DNA of 64,000 nt from Methanocellales archaeon (GCA_030018435.1 JASEEY010000004.1:21586-85585); one strand, 5' to 3'; shown: positions 37,645 through 49,481, counted from the stretch's first letter. A program made the numbers and translations. Notes: generated by a model from the sequence alone, not told the origin.

Positions 37645-38525
37645 CGCCTCAGCGCTCTCCGCGATGCATGCCAGACGCCGTCGATCTTAATTGCGTCTAA
37701 CTTGCCCTGTCGCGCCAGCAGGCTTAGGTATTCCTGGGAGTATGGCGACGTCTTTGCGAGCTCTCCGAGCGGTAGCAACTCATCATCACCACCCGATGCT
37801 GAGAGATAGAAGGTCAGCGCCTCATCCACCGCCTTCGCAATGAAGTTAATGAATGCCCCAGGATCGTCCTGATCCGCCTTCTTCAGCGCTCCATAATACT
37901 TCTTCCTATCCTCCTTTCTCAGCACTATGGGCGGATAACCGTGCTGCGTCAGATATAAGTTCGTGACGAGTCTTGCTACGCGGCCGTTGCCATCGATGAA
38001 CGGATGAATGGCGACGATGCCGTGATGCAGTAAAGCGGCCATACTAATAGGATCATATTTTGATTTTTTCAACGTTTCAAAAAGTTCATCCATCAATTTA
38101 GCTACTTTGGTGTAATCTGGTGGCGTTTTGATCGCACCGACGATTCTGACGTTGGTAATGCGATATTTTCCGGGATCTGCGAGGATTCCCCTGGTTACTA
38201 TCGCATGTATCTCTTGGATAGTCTCATGGGCGATGTGCCTCTTACCTTTCGCGAGTTCTTCGATGAATTTGTAGGCATCGGCGGTATTTGTTGCCTCCAA
38301 GTGCTCTTGAAGGCTTTTTCCACCAACGGTTATGCCCTGCTCTAAGATCAATTTAGTTTCCTGTAGCGTCAGCGTATTTCCCTCTATCGCATTGGAGTGA
38401 TACGTGTGAAGCAGTCGTAGCTCTTCCCTCAGCCTTTTCATCACATCCTTTGGTAGAGGTCGCATCTGGGCTAAACGCTTTTTCTTTTCCTGAATTCTCT
38501 CCAATAGCTCCTTTTTTATCGGCAT
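37629..38525 (-). CDS. Fic-domain protein with C-terminal HTH-like tail
   Basis: HSNAIEGNTL, HPFIDGNGRVARL. Confidence 0.95.
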   Translation of the reverse strand: MPIKKELLERIQEKKKRLAQMRPLPKDVMKRLREELRLLHTYHSNAIEGNTLTLQETKLILEQGITVGGKSLQEHLEATNTADAYKFIEELAKGKRHIAHETIQEIHAIVTRGILADPGKYRITNVRIVGAIKTPPDYTKVAKLMDELFETLKKSKYDPISMAALLHHGIVAIHPFIDGNGRVARLVTNLYLTQHGYPPIVLRKEDRKKYYGALKKADQDDPGAFINFIAKAVDEALTFYLSASGGDDELLPLGELAKTSPYSQEYLSLLARQGKLDAIKIDGVWHASRRALRRYTLV

Positions 38526-38651
38526 CGGCTAAATTCTCACATAACCGATATGACCGGGATGGTATAAAATGGTATCGGTATCGGGATAAAAATAGGGGAA
38601 CCGATACCTCGCAAGTGGCGGATTACAAAAATTAAAAATGGAAAAGGTGGA

Positions 38652-40271
38652 CTAGTACTCCATTCCCTCTGGAGGACCGCCAGCGCCACCTTCTTTTAGC
38701 TTACCGGCTGCGACCACATCGTCTATCCGCAGAATCATCGTCGCTGCCTCTGCCGCGGAGCCAATGGCCTGCGTTTTTATTCGTGCGGGCTCTATGATGC
38801 CCACTTTATCCATGTCCGTCACTTTGCCTGTGTTTACGTTCAGCCCTGTGTGCTTCTTCCCCTTTTCGTGCTCTGAACGAAGCTCTACCAATGTATCTAT
38901 CGGATCGAGTCCAGCGCTCTCTGCCAACGTCCTGGGAACGACCTCCATCGCATCTGCGAACGCTTCTATGGCCAGCTGCTCTCTGCCGCCTACCGTCACA
39001 GCATACTTTCTCAGCCCCGATGCCAGTTCCATCTCAGCAGCGCCTCCACCGACAACGAAAGTCCCATCCTCTACAGCTACGCCTACGACGCATAACGCAT
39101 CGTGCATAGCTCTCTCAACTTCATCGACGACGTGCTCTGTTCCGCCCCTGAGCATGATGGAAACCGCCTTGGGATTCTTGCACTTTTCCACAAATGTCAT
39201 TTCGTCCTCGCCGATCGTCCTTTCCTCGACAAGTCCCGCATATCCCAGGTCATTCTTGCTGACCTCCTGGATGTTAGAAACTATTTTTGCCCCTGTCGCC
39301 TTGGCGAGCTTCTTCATGTCAGATTCCTTGACCCTTCTCGCGGCTAAAATACCAGCCTTGGCGAGGTAATGTTGCGCCAGGTCGTCGATGCCCTTCTGGC
39401 AGAATACGACGTTCGCGCCACTACCCTTGATGGCATCCACCATGCTCTTCAACATGCGTTCTTCTTCGGCAAGGAATGCTTGCATCTGTTCAGGAGATGT
39501 AATCTCTATTTTAGCATCCACCTCAGTCTTCTCGATCTCCAGCGCAGAATCGATCAGAGCGATCTTCGCATTCTCCACCTTCTTCGGCATATCAGAGCGC
39601 ACTCTTTCTTTGTCAATTATCATACCCTCGACCAACTCGGAGTCGCCGACGCTGCCACCAACCTTTTTCTCGACTTTTACATCGTCAACATCCACCGAAC
39701 CATCCTCTTGTGCGACTGCCTTGACCGCTTTGACACTGAGTTCGGCCAGCTTATCCCCTGTTACCTCTGCACCTTTTCCGATCATGGCCGTTGTTGCTAT
39801 CTTCTTCAGCAATTCCTCGTCTTCTGCGGCAACCTTACTATGTATCTCACCCAGAATCTCTTTTGCTTTGGCCGAGGCGTGCCTATACCCAGATGCGATG
39901 ACCGTTGGATGTATATCCTGATCTAAAAGCGATTCCGCCTTTTTGAGCAACTCCCCAGCGAGAATCACCGCAGTTGTCGTTCCATCGCCAACCTCATCAT
40001 CCTGCGTCTTTGCCACTTCTACCATCATCTTCGCCGCAGGGTGCTCGATGTCCATCTCCTTGAGAATCGTCGCCCCATCGTTCGTGATCACGACATCACC
40101 TAAGCTATCGACGAGCATCTTGTCCATGCCCTTCGGACCCAAGGTCGTCCTGACTGCTTCTGCGACGGCCCTTGCAGCCATGATGTTCATGCTCTGGGCC
40201 TCTCTGCCCCTTGTCCTCTGGCTGCCCTCTCTTAGAATCAGTACAGGTTGTCCAGCCAATTGTCCTGCCAT
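38652..40271 (-). CDS. ths: Thermosome (group II chaperonin) subunit
   Basis: [25 protein letters not shown]. Confidence 0.97.
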   Translation of the reverse strand: MAGQLAGQPVLILREGSQRTRGREAQSMNIMAARAVAEAVRTTLGPKGMDKMLVDSLGDVVITNDGATILKEMDIEHPAAKMMVEVAKTQDDEVGDGTTTAVILAGELLKKAESLLDQDIHPTVIASGYRHASAKAKEILGEIHSKVAAEDEELLKKIATTAMIGKGAEVTGDKLAELSVKAVKAVAQEDGSVDVDDVKVEKKVGGSVGDSELVEGMIIDKERVRSDMPKKVENAKIALIDSALEIEKTEVDAKIEITSPEQMQAFLAEEERMLKSMVDAIKGSGANVVFCQKGIDDLAQHYLAKAGILAARRVKESDMKKLAKATGAKIVSNIQEVSKNDLGYAGLVEERTIGEDEMTFVEKCKNPKAVSIMLRGGTEHVVDEVERAMHDALCVVGVAVEDGTFVVGGGAAEMELASGLRKYAVTVGGREQLAIEAFADAMEVVPRTLAESAGLDPIDTLVELRSEHEKGKKHTGLNVNTGKVTDMDKVGIIEPARIKTQAIGSAAEAATMILRIDDVVAAGKLKEGGAGGPPEGMEY

Positions 40272-40318
40272 ATACTGCCTCCCTTATAGAATAATAGCGA
40301 AAAAGGATGTTTGTGGTT

Positions 40319-41272
40319 CTATATATAGTTTGGGGATTCGGTCTTTCTGCTCTGGATCAATGTAACAAATTCGCCCGAGTCCTCCAGAGCCTCCAACTCA
40401 CTTCTTTCCATCAAGGTGGTATTGCCTATTTGTAATGACTTGGATGTGCCCTCGATGATGAACACGGATTGCGTATTGGCCACGTCTGATATGCTGCCCA
40501 TCAGTTTTGCTCTTTTAATCATGTGGTTGGTGTATTTGCCGACACCTGTGAGTATTGTGGCCGTTTTGTCTTGAGACAGTGCATTAAACGGTGCATGTAC
40601 CACAGGTAACACCTCGAATCCAATGTCAATCATCATCATAAAGACCGCTCGCTCAATCGGTGACAGGTGCTTCTGACTCGGTGATGGTGGATTCTGAGAT
40701 TCTATGTGCAACAGGTCTATGGGATGTAACAGTGCCATGTCTAAAATGGATTCAAGTTTCAGTGCCACATCAACCGTTGCATTCATGCCCTCCTCGTACT
40801 TGTTGATGGCCCTCCTTGATACGCCCAATTTGGAGGCGAGATCGCCGAGGGATATTTTCCAGCGCATTCTGGCCTCTCGCAGCGCATCGCCATCGATGTT
40901 AACATACAATCCACCCGGCGCAGCGTAAATTAATGGTGGTATTCCGGAGATGAAGAGATCGTGCAAGGTTTGTAGATTGACGGATGGGATGCCGTAGCGG
41001 ATGTATACCACGCCGTTCTCCAACGGTTTGTTACACGTTCTCTCACCAATTACGAGGGGGGAGCTGACTAATCGCTCCGCAAGACATCTCATCTCCTTGG
41101 CAGAGCTCATGTTCAATCCGTCGATGTTGAAAAGCACCTTCAGCAACAGTAATATGTGCCCTCTTCTTGCGACCAGATCGAAACACCTGGGACGAACATC
41201 ACATAGTTCCGATGTAATGAATCCGGTGCGTTTTAACACATCTAAAACCCGGTATAATAGTAACTCCCTCAT
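40319..41272 (-). CDS. Conserved archaeal HTH transcriptional regulator (COG1395-like)
   Basis: [40 protein letters not shown]. Confidence 0.85.
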   Translation of the reverse strand: MRELLLYRVLDVLKRTGFITSELCDVRPRCFDLVARRGHILLLLKVLFNIDGLNMSSAKEMRCLAERLVSSPLVIGERTCNKPLENGVVYIRYGIPSVNLQTLHDLFISGIPPLIYAAPGGLYVNIDGDALREARMRWKISLGDLASKLGVSRRAINKYEEGMNATVDVALKLESILDMALLHPIDLLHIESQNPPSPSQKHLSPIERAVFMMMIDIGFEVLPVVHAPFNALSQDKTATILTGVGKYTNHMIKRAKLMGSISDVANTQSVFIIEGTSKSLQIGNTTLMERSELEALEDSGEFVTLIQSRKTESPNYI

Positions 41273-41310
41273 CTTATTATATTACTCATCCAATACTTCT
41301 ATATAATATT

Positions 41311-42582
41311 ATGTATGATGATATTCGGACATCAATGTATATTGGAATCGACGATACTGACTCCAAGAATGGCATGTGCACCACGTATTTAGCTGCAGTA
41401 TTAGTGGAACGGTTACAAAATTACGGAGAGGTGGTCGGCCACCCCAGGTTGGTAAGGCTTAACCCCAATATCAGATACAAAACGAGAGGAAACGGTGCTA
41501 TCGCCGTCCAACTTGAGGAAAAGAGCGGCTATGCAGCGCGAATTGAAGATGTCGTTGTTCGCACCGTGGAAGAGATGGCAGAGTTTGACGCTCCCAACAC
41601 GAATCCCGGCATCGTGATCTTGGATGAGATTCCTGAAGAGGTGAAGAATTTTTCTAAAAGAGCGGTACAGGACATCGTCGCCATCAAAGAGGCGATTGAC
41701 CTTGCTGGGAGATACGGCCAGGTGCGCGCATTTAAGAATGGGCGGGGTGTTATCGGTGCACTGGCTGCGGTAGGCGCAACGCTGGAGGAAGACCATAGCT
41801 ATGAACTAATTGCCTACAGGCAGAGAGAGCGCTGTGGCACCCCTAGGCACATCGACGAGAGATCGGCATTTGAAGCAAACAAAGCCACGTATCCGTTGAC
41901 ATGGGACACCGTAGACATCACCAACAATACGATCGTATTCTCGCCAAGTTCACCATGCCCTGTGCTCTTTGGCATTAGGGGCGACGATGTGGATGCGATT
42001 CAGAAAGCATTCGAAATGATCAGATCGGAGCCAGTAGAGCGACACATCGTCTTCAAGACTAACCAAGGCACGGATGCGCACCTCATGCAGGGAGGGATGA
42101 CCTCAGTAAAGGAAGAGCGTTCATACATCCTGGGAGGAGCCGTAAGCGCTCCACCGCATACGATTGAGGGGGGACACGTTATCTTCTCCATCGCGGAAAA
42201 CGGGCATAAAATCGACTGCGCAGCATACGAGCCAACGAAAAACTTCAGGGATGTGGTGCGAAAGCTATGTGTCGGTGACGAAGTAACAGTTTACGGCGCC
42301 GTAAAGGGTCATACAATTAATCTTGAAAAGATTGAAATCAAATCGCTTGTAGAGTGTTTCGTTCGACAAAATCCCATTTGTAAGTGTGGAAAGAGAATGA
42401 AATCCGTCGGGTGCAACCAGGGGTACAGGTGCAAGAAATGCGGAACGCATGCTGAAGCATCGGAGCATATTCTTATCGATAGGGAACTGGATTTGGGACT
42501 ATATGAGGTGCCTCCTTCTGCGAGGAGACATATTTCTAAGCCATTAATCAGGATGAGCGGAAATGTGCACCCCAGTATATAA
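41311..42582 (+). CDS. tiaS: tRNA(Ile2) agmatinylcytidine synthase
   Basis: GIDDTDS..GMCTTY, KTRGNG, TNQGTD, AYEPT, C-terminal Zn ribbon. Confidence 0.95.
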   Translation: MYDDIRTSMYIGIDDTDSKNGMCTTYLAAVLVERLQNYGEVVGHPRLVRLNPNIRYKTRGNGAIAVQLEEKSGYAARIEDVVVRTVEEMAEFDAPNTNPGIVILDEIPEEVKNFSKRAVQDIVAIKEAIDLAGRYGQVRAFKNGRGVIGALAAVGATLEEDHSYELIAYRQRERCGTPRHIDERSAFEANKATYPLTWDTVDITNNTIVFSPSSPCPVLFGIRGDDVDAIQKAFEMIRSEPVERHIVFKTNQGTDAHLMQGGMTSVKEERSYILGGAVSAPPHTIEGGHVIFSIAENGHKIDCAAYEPTKNFRDVVRKLCVGDEVTVYGAVKGHTINLEKIEIKSLVECFVRQNPICKCGKRMKSVGCNQGYRCKKCGTHAEASEHILIDRELDLGLYEVPPSARRHISKPLIRMSGNVHPSI

Positions 42583-42640
42583 GCATCAACTTTATCATTA
42601 ATTATATCAAAAGGAGAAGCGAATTTAGAAGGACGACACA

Positions 42641-43537
42641 ATGAAATTAGAAGAATTGCGACATGGGACTGAATTGCTAAAGAGGGGTTTTGCCAAGATG
42701 CAGAAAGGTGGCGTTATCATGGACGTCACCAACGCTGAGCAGGCCAGAGTTGCAGAAGAGGCAGGAGCTGTGGCAGTGATGGCGCTCCATGCCGTCCCAG
42801 CTGACATCAGAGCTGCTGGTGGAGTTGCTAGGATGGCTGACCCAGCAGTAATACTGGAAATTATGGATGCCGTCACGATTCCAGTGATGGCGAAGGTACG
42901 AATAGGACACTTCGTTGAAGCAGAGATACTCGAGGCGCTGGGCGTGGACATGATAGATGAGTCTGAGGTGCTGACGCCTGCTGACGAAAGGTATCACATT
43001 GATAAGCTTAGATTTACCGTTCCATTTGTGTGCGGTGCACGCGACTTGGGGGAGGCGCTACGACGCATAAATGAGGGGGCTGCGATGATCAGGACGAAGG
43101 GCGAGGCTGGAACTGGCGATGTAAAAGAAGCCGTCAGACACATGAGGGCGATCATGGGCACCATTAGAGAATTGAAAGGAAAGACCGATGAGGAGCTAAC
43201 GAAAGTTGCGCGTGACATCGGTGCACCATTCGAATTCGTTAAAGAAACTGAGGAAATGCAGCGTCTCCCGGTGGTGAATTTTGCAGCTGGTGGTATCGCC
43301 ACACCCGCGGATGCGGCGCTGATGATGAAGCTGGGCGCGGACGGTGTCTTCGTTGGCTCAGGCATCTTTAAGGCAGAATCTCCGGAAAAGATGGCCAAAG
43401 CCATTGTTGAGGCGGTAAACAATTACGATAGACCCGAAGTGCTTGCTGAAATTTCTAAAGGACTTGGCGGTGCGATGAAGGGGTTGGATACTCATACGTT
43501 GACCGAGGATGAGGTTTTACAAACCCGCGGCTGGTAG
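42641..43537 (+). CDS. pdxS: Pyridoxal 5'-phosphate synthase lyase subunit
   Basis: [30 protein letters not shown]. Confidence 0.98.
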   Translation: MKLEELRHGTELLKRGFAKMQKGGVIMDVTNAEQARVAEEAGAVAVMALHAVPADIRAAGGVARMADPAVILEIMDAVTIPVMAKVRIGHFVEAEILEALGVDMIDESEVLTPADERYHIDKLRFTVPFVCGARDLGEALRRINEGAAMIRTKGEAGTGDVKEAVRHMRAIMGTIRELKGKTDEELTKVARDIGAPFEFVKETEEMQRLPVVNFAAGGIATPADAALMMKLGADGVFVGSGIFKAESPEKMAKAIVEAVNNYDRPEVLAEISKGLGGAMKGLDTHTLTEDEVLQTRGW

Positions 43538-43542
43538 TTCTG

Positions 43543-44094
43543 ATGAGGGTTGGCATCATCGCACTGCAGGGAAGTGTAGAAGAGCATGTAAGAGCAGCGG
43601 AGAGGGCACTATCTGAAGGATGCGGTGGCGAAGTCATCTCGGTAAAACACGCTGACATCGTTCCGAGTTGTGATGCCATCATCATACCAGGCGGAGAGAG
43701 CACGACGATTGGTAGATTGATGCTCAGGGAAGGTATCGTCGATGAAATCAAGTCGGCTGCGAAGCATGGTGTACCAATCCTTGGAACGTGCGCGGGCTTA
43801 ATCCTGCTCGCCAGATATGGCTTGATGGACATTCATGTAACGAGGAATGCCTTCGGCCGCCAGAGAGAGTCGTTTGAAACCCCGCTCAAAATCGACGTCA
43901 TAGGCGAAAAACCGTTCAATGCGGTTTTCATCAGAGCGCCAGCCATCACAAAAGTTGGAGAGGATGTCGAGATACTTGCGAAATGCAATGGCTACATCGT
44001 TGCCGCAAAACAGGACAAATTGGTGGCGCTTGCATTCCATCCAGAATTAACCCGGGATCCTAGATTGCATCATTTCTTTTTTGACCTGGTCTAG
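43543..44094 (+). CDS. pdxT: PLP synthase glutaminase subunit
   Basis: ALQG, PGGESTT, GTCAG, FHPEL. Confidence 0.96.
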   Translation: MRVGIIALQGSVEEHVRAAERALSEGCGGEVISVKHADIVPSCDAIIIPGGESTTIGRLMLREGIVDEIKSAAKHGVPILGTCAGLILLARYGLMDIHVTRNAFGRQRESFETPLKIDVIGEKPFNAVFIRAPAITKVGEDVEILAKCNGYIVAAKQDKLVALAFHPELTRDPRLHHFFFDLV

Positions 44095-44528
44095 GGCTTC
44101 GTCAGGTCGCTGGGAACCCTATACAACTCCCACCTGATTTTCTTATTGTCCACAAGCTCTTTGATCATTTTTTCCTGCTGAGAAAGTCCTGCCTCTCCGC
44201 TTTTTATCTCGAGCATTACTATCTCTTCGGGAGCATTTGCCGACAAACCCTTAAAGACGAGCATGTCTATGGGTGTACCGACGAATCTAACTTCCGTGGG
44301 GTCATACTCAAAATCTGGCAGGTAGGGTGCTAATTGCTCGCTGAATTTACCTCCAAGTACGAGCCTGCTTCTTCTGATCGCATCCTCGCGTATCTCGCTT
44401 TCCTTTTGAAGTATCCACTCCTCAAATCTCGCTCTATACTCACTTGCGACGATTTTTCTTCCAAAGTAGTAACCTATTATTAAAGCAGCGAAGATCCCGA
44501 TTATGAGCGCTCCTATTACGAAGTCCAT
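44091..44528 (-). CDS. Holliday-junction-resolvase-like endonuclease
   Basis: GKFSEQLAP, FVGTPID, EIKSG; N-terminal TM. Confidence 0.85.
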   Translation of the reverse strand: MDFVIGALIIGIFAALIIGYYFGRKIVASEYRARFEEWILQKESEIREDAIRRSRLVLGGKFSEQLAPYLPDFEYDPTEVRFVGTPIDMLVFKGLSANAPEEIVMLEIKSGEAGLSQQEKMIKELVDNKKIRWELYRVPSDLTKP

Positions 44529-44549
44529 TAAATATCCTCCACAGGCAAT

Positions 44550-45182
44550 CTAAGACTTGCTTAGATCCATTACCTCAAACTCTACTTTCTCTGCTTTACC
44601 TTCCTCAGTTTTTTTCTCTGAAATCTGTCTCTTACCTATGGACTTCAGTGCTTGCAGCACCATTTGTTTGTATCGCTCTAAATCAGGTGAGTAGTGCTCT
44701 CTCGCTTTTATGGCATCAGCATTATCACTTCCAAGCGCTGCAATGCGCTCTAAGGTATGCTTGGCTGTTTCAAGAATCCATCTGTCCCGGGTTTCAACAT
44801 CGATCATCTGTATGGATTCGGGTCTGATCGATGTAATGATGCCTTCTCCAGTATCGTAGGTGTTCGTTTTACCGACGACTGCGACGAATTGTGGCGGTTC
44901 GATTGCACTCAGCATCTGTGCTGCCTCTGGTTGATACTGTCCCGCATAAATCGTAAAGACCCCAGTTGGATCTGCTATCCTGGCGCGCCAATGCTCTGCA
45001 GTGGCTCCAATATCCTCTTTTTCAGTCAATGTACCAGTAATGAAAACGCGATTACATTTTGCGCCGGTGGATGTCAGCAGATACAGGGGACTATATTGGT
45101 CGTCACTCTCCTTGAACGTCAAGTTGGACGCGTTGTACTCTTGAGCAAATACCCGCTTAGCCACTTCTCGTTCTAACATCAT
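44550..45182 (-). CDS. RPA-associated OB-fold protein
   Basis: REVAKRVFAQE, NRVFITG, DPTGVF..YAGQYQPEA; downstream of RPA. Confidence 0.85.
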   Translation of the reverse strand: MMLEREVAKRVFAQEYNASNLTFKESDDQYSPLYLLTSTGAKCNRVFITGTLTEKEDIGATAEHWRARIADPTGVFTIYAGQYQPEAAQMLSAIEPPQFVAVVGKTNTYDTGEGIITSIRPESIQMIDVETRDRWILETAKHTLERIAALGSDNADAIKAREHYSPDLERYKQMVLQALKSIGKRQISEKKTEEGKAEKVEFEVMDLSKS

Positions 45183-46105
45183 AACCCCTCCGCCGTGGCA
45201 ATTGTGCCTTGAATCTCTTCATCTGAGACAGGATGTACTTTCTCCATTTCCTCCACCAAGATATAGCGACCGATCCTGGGTCCTTTAACATTAAAATAGC
45301 GCCCCATCAACTGCTCCGTAATTGCATCTATGACCTTGGACGGATCCAGCGCCTCTTCCGCCATCTCCCTTGCCATATCCAACGTGATGCCTGTTGACTT
45401 CTCGGTAATTTCCCTGTTTAGAATGGCATCTCTCACGATTTTCCCATCATCTATGACGGCTTTTACCCTTAGATCGTATTTTCCTTCGACCTTTCCATGC
45501 TCGCCGCAGGAGCCTTTGATAAGGACTCTATTGCACGATTCGCACCTTTTTATCAGACCAGAGCCGGATTGGATGTCAACAATGGCACCTGCGACCTCCT
45601 CTGCGGAAGACCCGACCTCGATGTCTTCCTCTATTTCCTGAATGTCGGTGTTCTTATTGAAATTGACCTGAAATCTTCCCTGCCATGAATCCGTTACTAC
45701 GTTCTTGAATACATAGCTCTTGCCCTCCTCGACCAAGGGGCGAGCTGATTTCGCCCAGTTCACGAATTTGATCGCTCCAGTTTCATCGCCTATTAAACCC
45801 GCCTGTGCTATGCTATCGCTCTCAGACGACCAAAGTTGGACAACCTTTGCCTTAAGGCTAATCCATCGACCCTCGGAGGAGATATCCCCTACCTTGACAA
45901 GACTTGCATCCTCGCCATAAAATTCGCTTCTCGGTATGTTCGACTCTTTCAAATATTGGCTAACAACGCTTCTCTTCGCCTCGTCAACTGGCACCCTAAA
46001 CTTGTTGATAAGCTCCTCCAGTCTGGATTCGATGTCCTCTAGCGGGATATCGAGCCCCATCTCAGAAAAACGAGATCTCAACTGCTCTGCAATATCCTTT
46101 ATCAT
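45179..46105 (-). CDS. rpa: Replication protein A
   Basis: OB fold GLIGDETG; CxxC...C..H Zn motif; DLRVKAVIDDG. Confidence 0.9.
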   Translation of the reverse strand: MIKDIAEQLRSRFSEMGLDIPLEDIESRLEELINKFRVPVDEAKRSVVSQYLKESNIPRSEFYGEDASLVKVGDISSEGRWISLKAKVVQLWSSESDSIAQAGLIGDETGAIKFVNWAKSARPLVEEGKSYVFKNVVTDSWQGRFQVNFNKNTDIQEIEEDIEVGSSAEEVAGAIVDIQSGSGLIKRCESCNRVLIKGSCGEHGKVEGKYDLRVKAVIDDGKIVRDAILNREITEKSTGITLDMAREMAEEALDPSKVIDAITEQLMGRYFNVKGPRIGRYILVEEMEKVHPVSDEEIQGTIATAEGL

Positions 46106-46255
46106 ATTTACACCTCTGGCCTCTTGTCTCATTCATTTTAGAGAGGTATATCTAACTCAGCGCTATGATAAATAAGGTTGATGATAGCAGAGCGAAAGTG
46201 ACGCTCCATACTTCAAAAAATCTATAAGTACCATGACCGCTGATGTCATCTCCGC

Positions 46256-46822
46256 ATGAATCTTAAAATTCTGGTCATAAACAACTATGGACAGTTCTGC
46301 CATTTGATTCACAGGGCAATGCGCGACTTTGGCATTAAAAGCTCGATAGTAAGCAATGAGTTGAGCATAGACGAGATCTTGGAAAAGGAGCCTGATGGAT
46401 TAGTTCTCAGTGGAGGCCCCTCTTTGGAACGAACAGGTAATTGTACGGAATACGTGCGTAATCTCGACCTACCGATTTTGGGCATCTGCTTGGGACATCA
46501 ACTGATGGCGAACGCGTTCGGTGGAGTAGTGCAAAAAGGTAAGTATGGCGAGTATGCGGAGGTGGCGGTCAAAATTCTCGATGAAAATGACATATTCAAG
46601 GGGTTCCCACCCAGCATAAAAACTTGGGCATCTCATGCCGATGAGGTAAGCGTTTTACCAGAGGATTTCATCTTATTAGCACGATCAGATATATGCGAGA
46701 TAGAAGCCATGAAGCACGTTAAAAAAGCACTCTATGGTGTACAGTGGCACCCAGAAGTATCGCATACCGAGCATGGAGAGGATTTGCTTAAGAACTTCCT
46801 GGAGGTTTGTAAAAATTATTGA
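46256..46822 (+). CDS. guaAA: GMP synthase glutaminase subunit A
   Basis: GICLGHQ, SHADEV, QWHPEV. Confidence 0.95.
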   Translation: MNLKILVINNYGQFCHLIHRAMRDFGIKSSIVSNELSIDEILEKEPDGLVLSGGPSLERTGNCTEYVRNLDLPILGICLGHQLMANAFGGVVQKGKYGEYAEVAVKILDENDIFKGFPPSIKTWASHADEVSVLPEDFILLARSDICEIEAMKHVKKALYGVQWHPEVSHTEHGEDLLKNFLEVCKNY

Positions 46823-47296
46823 TCATCTCAGCCTCAACACAAATTCGCAATATCGATCGCCTTTAATGATGTTTTTGACATGTTGAAGTTCGACCGCTTT
46901 ATTTAACGCCTTACCAGCGGCTTCTGCCAGGGCGCCTACTCTATAAACGCACACATTGGGGTATCTTTTGCCCGCCTCACCCAGAGGGCATATGTGCTTT
47001 CTAATGATGATCTCGTCGGCGCTCGCCTTGACCAACTCTCCTCTCAGACCAATTTCATTCAAATACACCACGAGTGCCTCTACGAACTTTTTAAAGGTCC
47101 ATTTTCCATCTATCTTCTCCCGCAGTGTCGCCTCTAAATGATCACCAAGTTTCTTGGAGGAGAGGCGTACAATTCCTAGGGGTGCCTTCTTACCGATAAC
47201 CTCTTCCAATGACTCAAGAGTGGTGACGAATATGTCAAGACTCAAGCGATATAATTCTCTTAGTTTTTCCTTGGGAAGGTCATCGATAGTTTCCAT
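46823..47296 (-). CDS. V4R/MetOD1-like small ligand-binding domain protein
   Basis: HICPLG..NVC..G..A...GDRYCEF. Confidence 0.65.
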   Translation of the reverse strand: METIDDLPKEKLRELYRLSLDIFVTTLESLEEVIGKKAPLGIVRLSSKKLGDHLEATLREKIDGKWTFKKFVEALVVYLNEIGLRGELVKASADEIIIRKHICPLGEAGKRYPNVCVYRVGALAEAAGKALNKAVELQHVKNIIKGDRYCEFVLRLR

Positions 47297-47428
47297 ACTT
47301 CTCCCCCACAACTCCCTAAGACATCATTAATTATTATAAATATATAGTTATTGATATTTATAATATTCGGGGATATATTCCATCCCACCATTAACATTTT
47401 ATATCATACTCAACCTTATTTTGACATA

Positions 47429-48544
47429 ATGACCGCATCGCAGGTATATTTCACTGACGTCAGGGCGCCGGTTGACCAACCAGAAAGGTGGTATCAGCCA
47501 AAGCTTAGTGCTGTCAACAAGCTGGGGCGCTTGGTACTAAAGAGCGGCATTTTGGATAACATCTCAAAAGGCGACCAGGTTGCAATTAAAACTCATTTCG
47601 GCGTTCATGGAACAACCAAGCCGTTGCGCCCGGTATTCATCAGAAAGGTCGTTCAGATGGTGAAGGACAAAGGCGGAAAACCCTTCGTGACTGAAACGAC
47701 AGGGTTGGGGATGACCAAGGAAAGGAGCTTTGCTGTGAGCAAGATAGAGACTGCTGAGGAAAACGGGTATACGTCTCAAACGCTATCTGCACCGATCATC
47801 ATCGCCGATGGACTGCAGGGTTTTGATGGTGTAGAGGTGCAGGTCGAAGGTCTTCAGCTCAAAAAAGTGTATGTAGCAAGACACATCGCAGAGGCGGATA
47901 AGGTGATTTCGCTGGCGCATTTCAAGGGACATATAGACAGCGGTTTTGGCGGTGCGTTGAAGAGCATAGGCGTTGGTTGTATTGCGAAGCCATCCAAATA
48001 CGACGTACATATCCGTGAGCCTCCAACTGTTAATCCTGAGCGCTGTACAAAATGCGGCGCCTGCATTGATATATGTCCGGTTGATGCCATAAAAGATTGG
48101 AAAATAGACCCTACAAAGTGCGTTCGCTGCCAGGGATGCGCCGAGGTATGCAAAGATGCTATATCCCTCAACTGGGTCTCATCTCAAGAGCTCTGCGAGC
48201 GACTCACGGATTGCGCTAAGGCGGTCATTGACTGTGTCGGAAGGGAGAATTTTAGGTATGTGAACTTTCTGCTCGACATCACGCCCCACTGCGACTGCTG
48301 CCCTTACTCGGATAATCCCATCGTGCCCGACCTAGGCATCCTCGCCTCGGATGACATACTCGCGATCGACAAAGCATCAGTGGACATGGTTAACCAAGCG
48401 CCAACACTCCCAAACTCAATGGCAAAGTGCGATGAGGACAAGTTTCATGCCATCTTCGAATGGACGCACTCTAAATATCAACTGGAGGCAGCGGAAAAAC
48501 TGGGATTGGGTTCGATGAAATATGAGGTCATCAAAGTAGAATGA
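47429..48544 (+). CDS. DUF362 Fe-S protein with ferredoxin insert
   Basis: AIKTHFG, AHFKGH..GFGGALK, two CxxCxxCxxxC motifs, TPHCDC. Confidence 0.88.
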   Translation: MTASQVYFTDVRAPVDQPERWYQPKLSAVNKLGRLVLKSGILDNISKGDQVAIKTHFGVHGTTKPLRPVFIRKVVQMVKDKGGKPFVTETTGLGMTKERSFAVSKIETAEENGYTSQTLSAPIIIADGLQGFDGVEVQVEGLQLKKVYVARHIAEADKVISLAHFKGHIDSGFGGALKSIGVGCIAKPSKYDVHIREPPTVNPERCTKCGACIDICPVDAIKDWKIDPTKCVRCQGCAEVCKDAISLNWVSSQELCERLTDCAKAVIDCVGRENFRYVNFLLDITPHCDCCPYSDNPIVPDLGILASDDILAIDKASVDMVNQAPTLPNSMAKCDEDKFHAIFEWTHSKYQLEAAEKLGLGSMKYEVIKVE

Positions 48545-48545
48545 T

Positions 48546-49424
48546 TTACTCTGTCTGCGCGAGCCAAATGCCCCCTATGATCAAAACACCGCATCCTATT
48601 TGATAAAGGTAAATTCTTTCTGCTAGAAAGACGGATGCCTGGATGATAGCGAAAACCGGTATGAGAAATGTGAAGAAGTTCGTCTTTGATGCCTCCAGTT
48701 CTCTGAGCGCTTCGAAATACAACAAGGTTCCAATGACGGTGCATAGGATTGACAGTCCTAGTATGATGCCCCATATGTTTGCTGGATACGCGAACTCCAC
48801 GGGCTCGACTGTTATGGAAATCAAGTCCAATAGCACTGTTCCCATAAGCGTGCTGACTGCCAAGATGAGCAGGGGGCTATTATTTGCAACGATCTTTTTG
48901 CCGATGATGGTGTAGATCGAGTAGCATGCCGCCGAGAAGAGAAGCATCAGATTACCATAGAATACCATGGAGTCTCCAAGGGGTGAAAAACCGCCATTGA
49001 GCGAGATGATGGTGACACCTGTCAATGAGAGGGCCAAGCCGGATACTTTTCTGTAACCGAGTGACTCGTGCAGGAATATCGCTGCCAGAACCAACGTGAA
49101 TGTAGGACTGCTATTTTGCAAAATGCTCGACATGGATGCCGTTATATGGCGCATGCCAAGGTTCTGCGATATGTTCGGGAGCGTGACCCCCACGATGCCC
49201 AGAGCAAACAACGTGGCAAAGTTATTTTTCGTGAACGTCTTGATCTGGCACATCTCAAATTTTGCCAGCGCGCAGCCCGCAAATACTACTGTGGCAAGAG
49301 AAAATCGCAACGCTGCCAAGTAGATCGGTGTTACCTCTGTCAATCCAATCTTGACGAGAACGAACGACGCCGACCAGAGTAGCACTGCCACTAAAATCGA
49401 TGCGTACGCTTTTGGTGAATTCAT
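48546..49424 (-). CDS. DMT/EamA-family transporter
   Basis: About 10 TM segments with duplicated EamA pattern. Confidence 0.9.
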   Translation of the reverse strand: MNSPKAYASILVAVLLWSASFVLVKIGLTEVTPIYLAALRFSLATVVFAGCALAKFEMCQIKTFTKNNFATLFALGIVGVTLPNISQNLGMRHITASMSSILQNSSPTFTLVLAAIFLHESLGYRKVSGLALSLTGVTIISLNGGFSPLGDSMVFYGNLMLLFSAACYSIYTIIGKKIVANNSPLLILAVSTLMGTVLLDLISITVEPVEFAYPANIWGIILGLSILCTVIGTLLYFEALRELEASKTNFFTFLIPVFAIIQASVFLAERIYLYQIGCGVLIIGGIWLAQTE

Positions 49425-49481
49425 GAAACATCAAGCCTGCTAAGTTTTATTTGGTTGTGCGTATACCTTTCTTCATCATAT

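Noticed and set aside
38538-38602. accgata/tatcggt inverted and direct repeats upstream of fic
   Set aside because: Short and plausibly a local operator; not enough support to call a feature.
38764-40365. Several long + strand ORFs opposite the thermosome (similar shadows opposite asd, ileS, AMPpase and hem genes)
   Set aside because: Antisense shadows of conserved genes, with Ser/Thr-rich nonsense composition.
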